Assembly (NCBI RefSeq): GCF_001194135.2
Contig: NC_068994.1
Coordinates: 16,590,732 to 16,654,731, forward strand
Length of the DNA: 64,000 bases
Direction: 5' to 3'
From: Octopus bimaculoides
Taxonomy: Eukaryota
Positions within the stretch are counted from its first letter, which is position 1; each line of letters starts with the position of its first letter. Both the position numbers and the translations under genes were made by a program. The notes under the pieces are model-generated. The model ran no database searches, was not told the DNA's origin, and saw only the letters and a program-made list of their open reading frames with translations. Below are positions 62,560-64,000 of the stretch, piece by piece.

Positions 62560-62915
62560 CATCATCATCATCGTTTAACGTCCGCTTTCCATGCTAGCAT
62601 GGTTGGACTGGTGAAACCAGATGGCTACACCAGGCTCCAATTTGATTTGGCAGAGTTTCTACAGCTGGATGCCCTTCCTAACGCCAACCACTCCGAGAGT
62701 GTAGTGGGTGCTTTTATGTGCCACTGGCACAAAGGCCAGTCAGGCGGTACTGGGAACAGCCACACTCAAATGGTGTTTTTTACATGCCACCTGCACAGGA
62801 GCCAGTCCAGCAGCACTGGCAACGACCTTGCTGGAATGTTTTTTCACGTGCCACTCGCACAAGTGCCAGAAAGGCGACGCTGAGCACAGGTGCCATCCCG
62901 ATTTCGCTTTCGCTT
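62560..62915 (-). mobile_element. 3' UTR copy of the (GAT)n-tailed RTE family
   Basis: Same family as 3057-3285. Confidence 0.85.
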
Positions 62916-63777
62916 GCCTCAGACTGCATATAATGTGTATGAAGTGTGAAAATAAAAATCTAAGAAGTCATATTTTCTTGCATATGCAAATGGAGTAATA
63001 AAGCCAATTTTCAACATAGTATTTTCTTCAATGAATTGTTTTCACCTTGGTGTGAAAAAATTGTTGCAGTATGTAATAGCAGAAAAAAATATGTTAATCT
63101 GTTATGACAGCTAAATATGCTCTGAAGTAAAACCAAAATTTGTGTGGTAAGTTTGCTTCCCAACCACTTGGTTCCAGGTTAGTAATGTATAAGTTCACCA
63201 TTATTCAAACAATACTACATGTGATAAGTTGGCATAGGTGCAGGTGTGACAAGAAGTTTGAACCTGAAACCATGTGGCTAGGAAGCAGTCTCCTGTGGCA
63301 CTTTAGGCAAGTATCTTGTAATATAGCTCCAGGCTGACAAAATTCTTTTGACTCACTGAAAGATCATATACACCTTGAGTATGTGTTTTCTATGTTTAGA
63401 TTTTGTGGTCAAAGTGAAAAAAAATTAGGTACTTTAGCTTTAGTGATTTCTGACACATGGACGTGCATTGCTTAGTGTTGCATTCATGACCATAAGATTG
63501 ATTTTGATCCCTAGGCTGGGTGATCCATTGTGTTCTTGAGCAAAACACTTCATTTCACTTTGCTCCAGTCCACTCAGCTGTAAAAATGGGTTTAGCCTGG
63601 AGAGGGATGGGCTCTGCCAGGCTTTCTCACCTTAGATACAATGCATGACTGCAGCTCCCCAATGACCCCCAAGGGGTTAAGGGACTTGTCAAATTGTCAG
63701 TTTCTAACATAAAGTGTATAGTTAAGCAAAAGAAAATAGACAAAATTGGCACTTAAGTGTTTGATTGTTGGACATGG

Positions 63778-64000
63778 ATATCATCATCGTCGTCGTTTAA
63801 CGTCCGCTTTCCATGCTAGCATGGGTTGGACGATTTGACTGAGGACTGGTGAAACTGGATGGCAACACCAGCCTCCAGTCTAATTTGGCAGTTTCTACAG
63901 CTGGATGCCCTTCCTAACGCCAACCACTCAGTGTAGTGGGTGCTTTTACGTGTCACCCGCACAAAAACGGCCACGCTCGAAATGGTGTCTTTTATGTGCC
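63778..64000 (-). mobile_element. 3' UTR copy of the (GAT)n-tailed RTE family (runs off the window)
   Basis: Nearly identical to 3057-3285. Confidence 0.85.

Overview
AT-rich, repeat-dense eukaryotic genomic DNA from a draft assembly with N gaps at 1851-2047, 3286-3805, 20082-21056, 32623-32908, 33757-34324, 40196-40520 and 43518-44380. The SINE/LINE families look like those of Octopus (inference, not verified). Two spliced genes were reconstructed by hand with frame-consistent GT-AG junctions: SFR1 on the minus strand (3 coding exons, 301 aa) and PAICS on the plus strand (8 coding exons, 437 aa), arranged head-to-head about 7.2 kb apart. A third, unrecognised minus-strand coding exon (143 aa, acidic, with a SUMO-interaction-like motif) lies at 11903-12334, with a probable first exon near 19.4-19.6 kb. 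The rest is tRNA-derived SINEs, RTE LINE fragments, Tc1/mariner, hAT, piggyBac and pogo-like relics or MITEs, and microsatellites. The most unusual structure is a young-looking, CpG-rich fold-back element with 9-bp target-site duplications and internal telomeric (CCCTAA)n...(TTAGGG)n tracts. It occurs twice between SFR1 and PAICS, near a third inverted telomere-like array. Several near-perfect long palindromes are also present. Most ORFs in the supplied track are spurious (repeat-, microsatellite- or gap-derived).
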